Assembly (NCBI GenBank): GCA_030704615.1
Contig: CM060731.1
Location: forward strand, 26,474,001 to 26,538,000
Direction: 5' to 3'
DNA from: Takakia lepidozioides
Lineage: Eukaryota > Plantae > Bryophyta
DNA: 64,000 nt
Shown here: one piece after another, positions 49,068 to 61,121 of the stretch
How the letters are laid out: every line of letters begins with the position of its first letter
Position numbering within the stretch: position 1 is the stretch's first letter
Made by a program: the position numbers and the translations under genes
Notes under the pieces: model-generated
Told to the model about the DNA's origin: nothing
Seen by the model: only the letters and a program-made list of their open reading frames with translations
Database searches by the model: none

Positions 49068-52000
49068 ATGAGGAGACGGGTGATGGTGTTACTGAAGCGC
49101 AGTGCATATGACCTTTATGTTGCCCGACATAATGACCCCAATATCACTTCCCTTCTCTCCAATCAACTGGTAAGTGGGTCCCTTTGTCCCCTTTCCGCTC
49201 TCTGGAGATCGCTCTCATGAACTCATGGTCTTGAAGTGCATATAGTTAAGGTTACAGTTTCGAGGTTTGGTGAATTCTAGCGTCCCTTCGCGGTGGGTTC
49301 ATGTAAAAGAGATGTAACCATCCCAGTCGATCTCTTGCATTACGTCAGTGATGCTTCCCGTAATGGATACAATGACTGAAGTGCCCCCTAAGTTTGACTG
49401 CACCCTCTTCATCAAGGCTGGGGCAGAAATAAATCTAGTTAGTTAGGGACAATTGTGGCCTGGATATATGTAAAACTGGTTGGTCCACAAAAGCGATCTC
49501 AGTGCAGCTTAATTATTGAAGGTGTTGGGGTTTTAGCGCAGCTAAGGGTTCATGATTTACGATTAAGATTGCAAACTCTCTGCAAATGGACAAGCATGGG
49601 TGTCTAATCTGCGGTGTTCAAAATTTTGAAGACAGTTTTTTTACTTTTAAGCGAATGCTTCTCGCTGACAGTTGTCAATGTTACTTTTTGTTGTGTTCAT
49701 CTAGAAAGGTAGGCTACCATTTGACTTAAGGTGTGGGCACGAGAAACTGGACATGTGGCTTGCATGGGGGATGCAAAGTACACAATTTTCTACGAAACAT
49801 ATGATATGAACATTGCAGTCAGATTTCTGTCCAAGCCAAACTAGAAAGGGTGAAATACTTTACTGTGATGTCTTGATTGGCTCTCTGTGGTCAAACAGGT
49901 GACCTTTGCTCTCATTCTAGGAGGGGTCTATGGCCACAAGGCAATGGCAAACAACGTTTTATGAGTACATTCTCTCACGTTAGGGACAGACAAAGAAAAT
50001 AAGTAAGAAAGTTCTGAAAATATGTAAGAATTGTGGTTATCTTGCATGGCTGTAAGTCCAAAAACTATTTGTCAGGACTGGCTACTTTGATGCTCTTGGT
50101 GGTGGTTCCTCAGAAGATAATGTTCAACAGACCTCCCAATTAGACGTCCACTGTATTACCTATACATCTTTTAGTGTGATGCTCATTTCACTGTATGTCT
50201 GATTTTCAGTTTTGGCATTGTCATGAACAGTATTTTGGCTCAAACCAATACGTTCGACCAACTTCTATAACATCACAGTGAATGTAGGTGCACCTTCCAC
50301 ATCGCACTGGGAGTATGGTGCTTAACTTTCTTGTGATGCAGGTGGCAGGCAATTTATCAGACAAGCAAACCTTGTTTGACCAGGCCACACAGGTGTGCTG
50401 CAATCTGCTCATAATTCCAATGCCAGTAAATCCCAATCACCATCTAACACATGAGCACAGGACAGAGTGTAGCAGCTATTATCAGGAGTCAAAGTCCACA
50501 GGTACTAAACCACAAGGATTTCAAATCTCAAACATATATTATCATGCAAGTATTGCTGATATTTGACAGAGCGGGTTACAGAATTGGTAAAGCCATATTA
50601 GACACCGCGGAATTCTGACTGCTATTCTGGGGCTTCAGTAGGGTGGATTTTGCGTTAACATTCAACTGTGGGGTGGACAGGTGGTGGGCAACCTGGCAGA
50701 TAGGCACCGTGTACATGAATGCACACTTCAGGCTTGTAGAGAAGCACTTGACCGACGCCAAGCCCACATCCAGTATGAGACCAGGGTCCGTGACACGCTG
50801 GATGCTCCAATCCGGGATGTGGACCTGGTGATCACTATAGGTGGGGATGGCACACTCCTGCAAGCCAGCCACTACTTGGATAGTCTAACCCCAGTATTAG
50901 GGGTCAACTCTGACCCCACCCAGTTGAATGAGGTATTACTTCTGATGGCTGTTTGCTGTTGAAGTTACTTTGAGAAGTTCTAAATTCCTTGGATCCATGG
51001 ATCGCTTGACAACGTGTACCTAATCTCCAGTTTAAAGGCACTGAGATGTCTATGCATGGTATTGTAGACAAGGCTTACTGGTCTAGAAGGGTTGGTACAC
51101 CATTGGTACGAGGCTTGCCTGAGTGTAGTGGAGGGATGAAAGTAGTAGGATGACTCTGTAGGTGCTCAGAAGGATGTCATATGGCTGTGGTTGAGGGACA
51201 GGTAGAGGATAAACTGAAGGAATTTGATGCAACTCGGAGTGCAGGTCACTTTTGTGCTGCAACTGCCAACGATTTTGAGCAGGTTGTTCACGAATACACT
51301 GCAAGTGTTTTTAGAGACCATGGTGTTGGCCACTTGTTAATTTACACAAAGCTTTAATCTTAGTCTAGGTAATATTGGACAAAAGCTTTAGTGTGATGAT
51401 TGAGGAATGAACATCAAATGCATCTCAACATTTGGATAACTCGATAGTCACACAGTGATCCTGGGTCTGTGATATTTAATTGCAGTCAGGAAGCTGAGTA
51501 CATGAATTTTTGTAAGAGTGTGCAATTTGCTATGCAATGGGTATATCTTTTCTTCAAGACACTAAATTGAGTAAAAAACATGTAGATGCTGTTTTCCACT
51601 GAGGTATTAAAAGCACCAAGTTGTAGTTCTTAACCAAAAAAAAGTATCTGGAGATTAATCTGCTAATTGTATTCTCTTTGGTCTCCATATTGGGGAATTG
51701 GTTACATCTTTTGAGAATTCTGTGCACTCTTGGGAGGTCAACTTCATATACAATTGCTATGTGCCAGGTGCTGGATGAGATTTTGGATGGGACACGCAAA
51801 CCAGTGGAACTACAGAGAATCTCTACGATTATTGATGGTGTCAAATTCCAAGTGCCAGCTCTGAACGATGTGTTGATGGCCCACCCCAACCCAGCTGCTG
51901 TTTCCCGCTGCACTTTCAGGTATGTAGTACTCGTCTAGCATAAATGAGTCTAGCTTACGAGAAGCAGGGGACACTACAAATTGCGGTAAAAACCAGACTT

Positions 52001-52872
52001 TCTTTTTATTAATTTCTTGGATCCCACAGATGTCCAAGAGGTACGATGGAGAACATTGTAAATGGTGTAAATACGTAAATACCCCTCTTTCGGCAACCCT
52101 AGTGGTTAAGCATGTTGTTGCATATATTTCTCACAAGGCAACTGCCATTCAATATCTGTTGGTGGCATTCATGCAACCCCCATCTAGTAAGCCTCGAAAA
52201 TGGAAGTCAGCTTCTAACCTGACTTTGCTTACAGGTGAGAACCATCTTTAATTAAATTTCATGATCTCATTCCCTTTTGGAATGCGTAGGAGTCAAGCAT
52301 CCTACTAGGGAATGATGTATGAAATTGACTTAATGTATGAAACCCAGCCTACTCCACAGTGTATTTATGTTTGGGAGTTCACTTGAGAATACATGGATGC
52401 TGCTTCACAGAGGCTGGACGAAACATTAAAGAGTTAAAAGCTCTTCAGATGACTCTTGATTTTATTCCTGGGATCTCAGCTCAGTTTGTGGGATGTGTAT
52501 AGCATCGTAAAGGAGGGCACTGGCGACCCCGTATCGCCCATTATCCATTCACGCTCAAGCGGCATCCGGGTTTGCACTGCTGCAGGTTCCACCGCAGCAA
52601 TGAAGTCAGCTGGGGGCAATCCAATGCCCTTGATGTCAACCTACCTGCAATACATGGTTAGAGAACCCAATTCCCCACATCCAAAGCTTGAGAGCCACGT
52701 GCGTGGCTGGATTAGCGCTGATGAAGCTTTGCATGTTTACTGGAGGAGCCGACAAGGAATGATCTATTTTGACGGATCACACCTCTGTCACCCTCTTAAG
52801 TTTGGTAGCAAGATTGAAATATCATCCTCTGAAGCCCCTGCATTGCGAGTTTTTACAGATACGCAAAAGTGA
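49068..52872 (+). CDS. NADK3: NADH kinase (NADK3-type); exons 49068-49169, 50681-50932, 51202-51282, 51768-51919, 52503-52872
   Basis: VITIGGDGTLLQASH, PVLGVNSDPT, FDATRSAGHFCAAT, ALNDVLMAHPNPAAVSR, RSSGIRVCTAAGSTAAMKSAGG, LQYMVREP. Confidence 0.95.
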
Positions 52873-54564
52873 TTGATGCTTCTCCTTTGGTTGGTGCAGT
52901 TTGCATGCTTGGCTTGAATTTGGAACTTGCTTTGGAATTTGTAGTATCTGTGGGAGATTCTGGCCTCCTTCAAGATGGAAGCTCGATTCCACTTAAGCAC
53001 TCACTAATCACTCATAGCACGATGAGTATTGGAATGTGGATGGAGCCATCGGCATGTAAATTTCAGAGATGGGGATTGGATGTGCGGGCCTTACAATGTC
53101 TTCCACTGAAATCTTGAGAGACTTTGTATAGTTTGCCACCGGACCAGGAATCCTTAGGGGTGTGAGAAAAACCTCTCAAGCAGGTCAGTGTTCATTGTGG
53201 TGGACCTACTGTACCCAGATTAGAAAATGAGTTAAATTGGGAAAGGCTAGGAAGTGCAAATCCTTGCCTCTTCATATGCCTTCTTACCACTGTAGCTGGA
53301 GGGTTAGTACTCCATGGTCACATTGAAGAGCTTTTAAAGATTAAAACATACAAACCAGGACAACTTTGAAGACATCTGGAAGAAGCATTTGAAAGCGGAA
53401 GGAAATGAGAAAGAATGCTGTCTCACAACTTGGAGGGTTTGATCTTAGAGTACAAGACGAGGATGTACAGAAGGAGGCTCCGAGTACAAGTAGGACAACA
53501 ACATCAAATAATTCCAGATGATGCTGACACAGGAAGTCCTCGTGCAGGTAAGCAGTTCTCTGGCTCTCAAAGCTGAAGGCCTCAGGCTAAGGCAGTCCCT
53601 GCACCTGCCCTCTTAGTGCATAGGACAGGAGAATAAGCTGGAATCATACACTAGACACATTGGATTAATTTGAAGCCTCACAAGGTGTGCTCTTCCAGCA
53701 GACATTCTTGATCCATAGGGTATGCTACCTGGGAGTAGCCCAAGGCCACATGAGGGATGTGGAGAATTCTTATTGAGGTAGGAAGGTGAGTTGATGCTGT
53801 TATCCCCGATAACTTAAGGAATTGAGCAATCTGGTTGCATGTTCCCTGCACAGGGACGCTCGTGAGATTCTCACTGATGAGCATGTTCTCATCTTGCTTT
53901 GTGCGATTCATTACTTTCACCGGAGGACCAAAGGGCCCATGGGGTACAGTACGATAGCACAAACTTGTGCGAAAGAAACAGTTGCACATGAGAGTCATCA
54001 AGAAATTGAACCATGAAGACAGAGGGCCTTCATGGCCACCAGGCATTTCTGGTCCTTAAGTAGTAAATGCCTCTGCTAGAAACAGAGAGAAATGGCATGG
54101 TAGGATGGAAGCTCTGCAGGAAGTCTCCAGGGAAGCTTGTATCCTGGGGCTCCTGATCCCAAAAGACTCTTAACCAATTTGTGCAACTATGCTGGGTTCC
54201 GCCACTACTGTCAGTGGCCTGTCTCACCTTGGGAAGCAAGGATCCAGCAAAGTATGCAGATCTTTGCTTATGAAAGGCTTCATTATGTTGTCTGGGTTGA
54301 TTCCAACTTTTGGTTCTGGAGCTGCTCAAGTTTGATTTAGCTAAGTTTGATTCCATTTTGGGATCTTTGGTTGCCTTTGTGGCTTCTTGACCTTATGGTT
54401 TTTTTCGCTCTACTGAGCAGGCTATGTGAAGGGGTTTTCTATTAACTTCAATGAGCATAACCCCAGCCCAATGGAAATGGGAGTCACCATCTGGGAAAGT
54501 CTCAACATAGTTTGCAAGACCTTGGCTGGAAACCCTGATGCTTGTTTCACTGAGCATCACCAAT

Positions 54565-57500
54565 TCACCAATAATCTCCGCAAGAGCACACCCCATTCTG
54601 GAAATGATGAAAGCGACTGGCATCCCTGGCCACAATTTCTCTCCCAACGATCTTTGAGATGAACTTGGTGGCAGTGTGGCAGTCACCACAAACCCGAAGA
54701 TTCTTGATTATGCGGATAGGTGTTCCAGGAGGTGTGCTGATGAGACCAAAAGCAATGGCCAGCTTTTCACTGTGATGGCAAAGAGCTTGTTCCTTCTGCC
54801 ACTGATCCACATCATGCAGTACAAAGTGTGTGTCAGGCACATACCCTGCCTCCTTCATCTGCCTAGTCAATTTATCCAGCTCAGCATAGATTTCCTCTGT
54901 TTGTGGGTGTGATCTATCTTCTACAACAAATGTATGTAGTCTGTTCTTGACCTCAATCCGGCTGAGTGCCGGCTCCTTCTTTACACCTCTGTTCTCCATC
55001 ACTTTTCTCACCTTTGCTACATCACTCCACCTCCCAGCCACAGAATAGATATTAGAAAGCATAGTGTACACAGTGGCATTTTGTGGGTCCAACTTGAGGA
55101 TACATTCTGCAGCCCGTTCTGCTAGCCCTACATTGCCCTGAATTCTGCAGGCACCAAGCAAGACTCCCCACATGGCGGCATCTGGTTCAAATGGCATATT
55201 GTTGATAAGGTCCTCTGCCTCATCCAACCACCCTGCACGGCCAAGAAGGTCAACCATGCAGCCATAGTGCATGCCTGTTGGTGCTATTTCATAATCTTGA
55301 ATCATGGAATGGAAGTAATGATAGCCTTCATCTACTAGGCCAACATGGCTGCAAGCAGAGAGAACACCAATGAATGTGACCTGATTAGGAGTAACCCCTT
55401 GCCTTTTCATCTGCTCAAAGAGTTGAAGGGCCCCCTTGCCATGCCCATGCTGAGCATATCCAATTATCAAAGCAGTCCATGAGACCACATCTTGCTCTAG
55501 GATTTTGTCAAACACTTGCTGTGCATCCCTGAGACTCCCACACTTGGCATACATGTCAACAAGAGTATTACAAACTTGCACTTCGGACTCAGATCCAGAT
55601 TTGATGAGGTGGGCATGGACCCACTTGCCCTCTTCCAGGGCTGATAGGCCTGCGCACGCATTCAGGAGGCTAATGAACGTCACCTTGTCAGGCTTGAAAT
55701 CTTCTCTTTGCATTTTGTGGAAGAGTTGGAAAGCATCCTCACAACGACCATGTAGAGCAGATCCTGCAATCATAGTATTCCATGAAATCACATCTTTATG
55801 AGGCATGTTGTCAAACACTCGGCACGCATCCACCAGACTCCCACACTTGCAGTACATGCTGACAAGGGCATTCCCAACTTGGACATCTGACTCAATTCCA
55901 GCTTTGATAATGCCTGCATGGAGCTGCTTGCCCTCTTCCAGAGCTTCTGGGCAGACACATGCCTTCAGAATGGTAATGAAAGCAACTGCATCCGGCTGAG
56001 GCATTTTCTGAAACACTTGCTGCGCATCTGTGACACTCCTGCTCTTGCAATACATGCTGACAAGGGCTGTGCCAACTTGGACATCAGACTCCAATCCAGC
56101 TTTGATGATAGCCGCATGTAGCCACTTGCCCTGTTCCAGGGTTACTGGGCTGGCGCAGGTATCAAGGATGCTAATGAAAGTGACCTTATCTGGCTTCACA
56201 CCTTCTCTTTCCATTTGCCGAAAGTACTCAAAAGCCTCCTTAGCTTGATCATTCTCAGCAGATCCTGCAATTATCAGATTCCATGAAATGACATTTCGAT
56301 CAGGCATTTTCTCAAACATCCGGCGGGCATCCACCATACTGCCACACTTGCAGTACATGCTGACAAGGGCATTGCCCACTTGAACTTCTGATTCCAATCC
56401 AGCTTTAATGATGTCTGCATGTACCCACTTGCCCAGTTCCAAAGCGCTTGGGCTGGCACAAGCATTGAGGACACCCATGAACGTTATCCCATTTGGCTTC
56501 ATGCCCACTCCTTGCATATTCTGAAGCAATTCAAATGCTTGTTCTAGATGCCCTTGCAAACCTAAGCCTGCTATCATCGCATTCCATGAGATCACATCTC
56601 GATTTGAAATTTTTTCAAAGACTTGGTGGGCATCCACAACACTCCTGCACTTGCAAAACATAGTTACAAGGGCTGTCCCCACTTGTACATCCGACTCAAA
56701 TCCAGCCTTGATGATGCTTGCATGGAGCTGCTTGCCCTGTTCAAGGAGTTCTGGAATGGAGCATGCATTGAGGATGTTAATGAAAGTCACTTTGTTTGGC
56801 TTCATGCCTTCTCCTTGCATTTGCTTAAAGAGGTCAAACGCCTTTCCACAATGCCCTTGCTGGGCAGATCCTCCAATCAAGGCATTCCATGAGACCACAT
56901 CTCGCATAGGCATCTTGTCAAACACTTGATGCGCATCAACTACCCTCCCACACTTGCAATACATGCTGACTAGGGCATTACCCACTTGGACTTCTGACTC
57001 CAATCCAGCCTTGATGATATCTGCATGGACCTGCTTGCCAGGTTCCTGAGCTGCAGGGCTGGCACATGCATGGAGGATGCTAATGAAAGTGAACTTGTCT
57101 GGCTTCACACCCTCTTGTTGCATTTTCTCATAAAGATGAAATGCCTCTTCACCATGCCCATTCTGAGCACATCCTGAAATCATCACATTCCAGATGTAGA
57201 GATTTCTTGCAGGCATTTTGAAGAACACTCGTTGCGCATCCACCACACTCCCACATTTGCTATACATACTGATAAGGGCAGTCTCCACTCGGACATCTGA
57301 CTCAAATCCAGCTTTGATGATGCCAGCATGGAGTTGTTTGCCTTGTTCCAGAGCTGCTGGGTTGGCACATGCATTGAGGATGGTAATATAAGTGACCCTG
57401 TCGGCCTCCATGCCTTTGCGGTGCATTTGATGAAAGAGTCTGAAAGCCTCCTCACCATGACCATGCTGAGCACAGCCTGCAATCATTGCGGTCCAGGAGG

Positions 57501-58338
57501 CCACATCTGGCCGTGGTATTCTGCCAAAGACTTGACGTGCATCCACCACACTTCCGCACTTGCAATACATACTGACAAGGGCAGTCCCCACTCGAACATC
57601 TGATTCGTATCCAGCTTTGAGGATTGCCGCATGGAGCAGCTTGCCCTGTTCCAGAGCGGCTGGGCTGACACATGCCTTCAGGATGCTTATGAAAGTGACT
57701 TGGTCAGGCTTAGCGCCTTCTCGTTGCATTTGGGTAAAGAGTTCAAATGCCTCTTCGAATTGCCCTTCCTGAGCAAGTCCTGCAAGCATCACGGTCCACG
57801 AGATCACGTTCCGTTCGGGCATTTTGTCGAACACTTGACGCGCATCCTCAAATCTCCTGCACTTGCAATACATGCTGACTAGAGTGGTTCCGAGGAAAAT
57901 GTCCGGCTCGAATCCACTTTCCAAGATGTGGGTGTGGACCGCTTTGCCAACTGCCAATTCTTTTGCCTTACCACACCCTCGCAAGAGACTTGCACATGCC
58001 TCGGAATATGCCCGAAAGCCTTGTTGCTTTATGAGATGCAGAATGTGCACTACCTCTTTCAATCGGCCCTCCTTGCACAATTTACTCACATCCCCACCAG
58101 GTCCACAAATATCCGCCTTCCATAGCTCCCCCTCTCGTCTTCGCCTTCGCCCTCCATTAGACAGAGTAGCGAATGTGGCCGTGCAAATACTTCTTCTCTT
58201 GCCCCTATTCAGATACCCAACAAACAACCAGCTCTGATTCAAGCCTTGATTGTCCACCGTGCATGATAAAAACGTGTACCTTGAGCACATTTTTCTGGGC
58301 ACTGAGCGTCCTGTGTGCAGATGCATAACTCTTTCCAT
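54565..58338 (-). CDS. PLS-class pentatricopeptide repeat protein with E1-E2-DYW deaminase (C-to-U organellar RNA editing factor), single exon, 1257 aa
   Basis: About 28 L/S/P motifs, P2-L2-S2, HSEKLA, CGDCH and terminal CSCGDYW; N-terminal targeting-like peptide. Confidence 0.97.
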   Translation of the reverse strand: MERVMHLHTGRSVPRKMCSRYTFLSCTVDNQGLNQSWLFVGYLNRGKRRSICTATFATLSNGGRRRRREGELWKADICGPGGDVSKLCKEGRLKEVVHILHLIKQQGFRAYSEACASLLRGCGKAKELAVGKAVHTHILESGFEPDIFLGTTLVSMYCKCRRFEDARQVFDKMPERNVISWTVMLAGLAQEGQFEEAFELFTQMQREGAKPDQVTFISILKACVSPAALEQGKLLHAAILKAGYESDVRVGTALVSMYCKCGSVVDARQVFGRIPRPDVASWTAMIAGCAQHGHGEEAFRLFHQMHRKGMEADRVTYITILNACANPAALEQGKQLHAGIIKAGFESDVRVETALISMYSKCGSVVDAQRVFFKMPARNLYIWNVMISGCAQNGHGEEAFHLYEKMQQEGVKPDKFTFISILHACASPAAQEPGKQVHADIIKAGLESEVQVGNALVSMYCKCGRVVDAHQVFDKMPMRDVVSWNALIGGSAQQGHCGKAFDLFKQMQGEGMKPNKVTFINILNACSIPELLEQGKQLHASIIKAGFESDVQVGTALVTMFCKCRSVVDAHQVFEKISNRDVISWNAMIAGLGLQGHLEQAFELLQNMQGVGMKPNGITFMGVLNACASPSALELGKWVHADIIKAGLESEVQVGNALVSMYCKCGSMVDARRMFEKMPDRNVISWNLIIAGSAENDQAKEAFEYFRQMEREGVKPDKVTFISILDTCASPVTLEQGKWLHAAIIKAGLESDVQVGTALVSMYCKSRSVTDAQQVFQKMPQPDAVAFITILKACVCPEALEEGKQLHAGIIKAGIESDVQVGNALVSMYCKCGSLVDACRVFDNMPHKDVISWNTMIAGSALHGRCEDAFQLFHKMQREDFKPDKVTFISLLNACAGLSALEEGKWVHAHLIKSGSESEVQVCNTLVDMYAKCGSLRDAQQVFDKILEQDVVSWTALIIGYAQHGHGKGALQLFEQMKRQGVTPNQVTFIGVLSACSHVGLVDEGYHYFHSMIQDYEIAPTGMHYGCMVDLLGRAGWLDEAEDLINNMPFEPDAAMWGVLLGACRIQGNVGLAERAAECILKLDPQNATVYTMLSNIYSVAGRWSDVAKVRKVMENRGVKKEPALSRIEVKNRLHTFVVEDRSHPQTEEIYAELDKLTRQMKEAGYVPDTHFVLHDVDQWQKEQALCHHSEKLAIAFGLISTPPGTPIRIIKNLRVCGDCHTATKFISKIVGREIVARDASRFHHFQNGVCSCGDYW

Positions 58339-59955
58339 CCTCTACCCGAGACATTCAGGCGAACGGCGGAAACACACAGAGTGCCTGGCGCTTCGAGCTG
58401 GACCATGAAGATCAGAAGTGCAAATCCTGTGAGATAATCAGAGGTAGCTTTGCGATCATGAACTCTGCAAAGACAACACACCCACACATCCTCACACAAA
58501 TTTCTGCAGTTTGCAAACCCGATTGCATCTGTTTCGAGACCTTGAAATACAAGAGGAATTTGAGAACTCGTTGGCTGTCGTCATCTTGTCATCCGTGTCC
58601 TCGTGAGCATTCCATACTCGCTAAAAGCAGGTGTGGCAGATTCTGCCACTTTTTCGGCCTAATTCTCAGGCCGAATCGGCCACCCAGGGCAGAATCGGCA
58701 GGAATGGCCGATAACGCTCAGAGGACGGGAGACCTACCACCGATGCCCATGTCATCAGCCCACAATTCGGCAGTCTGTCAACGCAGGCACTTTGCCCCGT
58801 TTATATCCTCTCCGGGGCTCTGAATCTGGGCAATCGATATGGGATAATCGAACCTCAATCATATTGCGCCACGTAGCGGCGAGAATCCGCCACACCTGCT
58901 TTTAACGCCAGTGAACGGGCCGCGTTGGCCGACTCTGCCCTGTGCGCGGCCATAGGGCTCGCCCAAAGGCCGCTTACAGGGCAGAATCGGCCAAACACGG
59001 CCCGTTCTCTAGTACTTCCCAGGATGCCAGCAAGACAGTTGGATCTACCGGTAGCTGACCGGCAGAAACCGGCAACCGGGGAATCAGGCTGCAAAATCAA
59101 ATGAGAGCTGGCAATGTGCTCTCTACCTTTCGAGGCCTTTCGCGAGACTATCTCCTCAGATTGCCTGCAGTGTGTGCTAGGAATGTTATCAATCTGAATC
59201 TCGCATTTTAGTTGCTGACGTCTGGGACGTATTGAGTCGTATCTTGTTGGTCAGGAACTGGCGTGAGTGGAGGCTCTCGATTGTTTCGAATTTCTGGTAA
59301 GAACGTGATCATTGTTGCATCGTTTGGCCAGCAAGTTCCATTTCTTCTAAGTTTCTGTGGTCCTTGGGTTGCCATGAACGTTGAAAAAAGTGGGTGTATT
59401 GACGCTACATTGGTCAGCCTCTTCATCCTCTTTGGGAGTCCTCTTTGTTTGCATTGCTATCAGGGGATCTGGCTCTTTTGCGTTCGATTTCTAGTAGGAT
59501 TTGATCTCAGTGGTTACAAGTTTCAACTCCCTTCTTTCGGCAAGCGACCATTCTTAGTGTCATTGCTCGTTGGAATTTCGTTTACGATGGACGCCCAGCA
59601 TCTCGGACCTCATGGGCTGGGCAGACAGGGAGACCGAAATTGGTTAAACAACAGTTGTTTAAGCTTTGGTTATTGTCTGATTGCAGGATTTGCCTTGACA
59701 TTATGGAGGTCAGGTCAAGGAAAGGGAGATGGGAATTGAGGAAGTGAGACACAGTGTGAGTATATCCAGGATAGGGCCTGTAACACATGGTGCAGGTCCC
59801 ATGAGCATCTGCAAGCAATCACACAGGGGCTTGAATCACAGAGAGAAAGGTTATATCTAGTAGAGTCGGTGGCTAGAGGGAGGCACTAAACGACTTTGTG
59901 GAAGCAGGGTGTGATAATCCAGTCCTCAACCACAGAGGTGGCAACCCATTTGGAG

Positions 59956-61121
59956 ATGAAGAATGGAAGTGCAATACAGATGGAGATATTGGGGCAGGGC
60001 TTGCAGTGGGGGCCAGATCAGGACGATATAGAAGTGCATTTCACACCCTTGTACAGTTGGTCCATGGATTCATCACTCACTAGGAGGGATCCCATTCACA
60101 AGGCTGGGCACTGGCAGGCATTCAGATCAAGGATATGTCACAGGAGCCCCGTGTGCAGATTTCCAGTGTTGAGATCATGGTGGTCTGTCATTATGATCAG
60201 CGTTCTGAGTGCTGGTCTGTCTTGTGCAAGTGGGCATTATACAACAGTTATCTGGGAGATAATGCCGAATTCAGCATCAAATCACCTGAGTTCCATATAC
60301 CAAACAATACAGCAGGCAGCTTTCCATGCTTTCAAACACCCCAAAACAGGAAAGATTTTCAATGCCACTGTTCCCACATTGGTTGGGAATGTGACCATAC
60401 AGACTGTTAGACTCCGCACACGCAAACTGAAAAACAGAGGGTTTATCCTCGGCGAATTCAACATTCCAATTGGGTGTGAGGTTGATGGTCCCCATCTTGT
60501 AAGAGTGGTCTTGGTCTATCAAAATTTTGGGAATTTGTCCGTTTTTTCCCCGCCCATTGGAGGTCAAGAACTGGTGAGCCCTGTGCTTGGTATCATGGCC
60601 TACGACGGTTCAAATCTCAATGCAACAGGTCCCCTGCCCCCACTGAATGTGTTTGTGACAGCAGATCCAATAAGAGTGACCATTCCATTCAACTCTCCAA
60701 CCTCTCCAACCGAACCCCTTTTCTGTGCCTCATATTCCATCAGTGGGGCAGCCAACACTAGTGGGTTGAGCTTGATGCCAAATACTTGCTCCTTCACACA
60801 CCTTGGAAATTTTGCTCTAATAGGTGAGGCACCGACTCCAGCTCCAGCCCCATCCCCAGTTCTTTCTGTGGCTTCTAAGCACCGATCCAATGCATGGAAG
60901 ATTGCTGTTGTATCAGTCTTGGGTGTGGTGTTGTTCATGGTGATACTCTCATTGTTAACCATGGTCGCCCTGCATTACAGGCAAAAACAGTGGTTTGCAA
61001 AATTGCAGTATCATGCCGAGCATGGAGAGACTCATATACGTCTTTGATTGGCAACAGTCGGGCACCAGCTGCAGGAAGCATTCGTACTCGACCCACACTG
61101 GAACATTTGATGGCTTCCTAA
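59956..61121 (+). CDS. DUF1191 single-pass membrane protein, frameshifted near C-terminus (start uncertain)
   Basis: VRLRTRKLKNRG...EFNIPIG...VVLVYQNFGN...LVSPVLGIMAYDGSNL, Pro-rich linker, transmembrane helix; conserved tail IGNSRAPAAGSIRTRPTLE lies in another frame. Confidence 0.85.

Noticed and set aside
53678-54356. Short ORFs between NADK3 and the PPR gene
   Set aside because: No recognisable domain or consistent splice structure.
55505-58237. Multiple plus-strand ORFs overlapping the PPR gene
   Set aside because: Antisense shadows of the repetitive PPR coding sequence.
58600-59100. GAATCGGC-rich MITE in the PPR promoter
   Set aside because: The motif recurs, but no convincing TIR or TSD was found.
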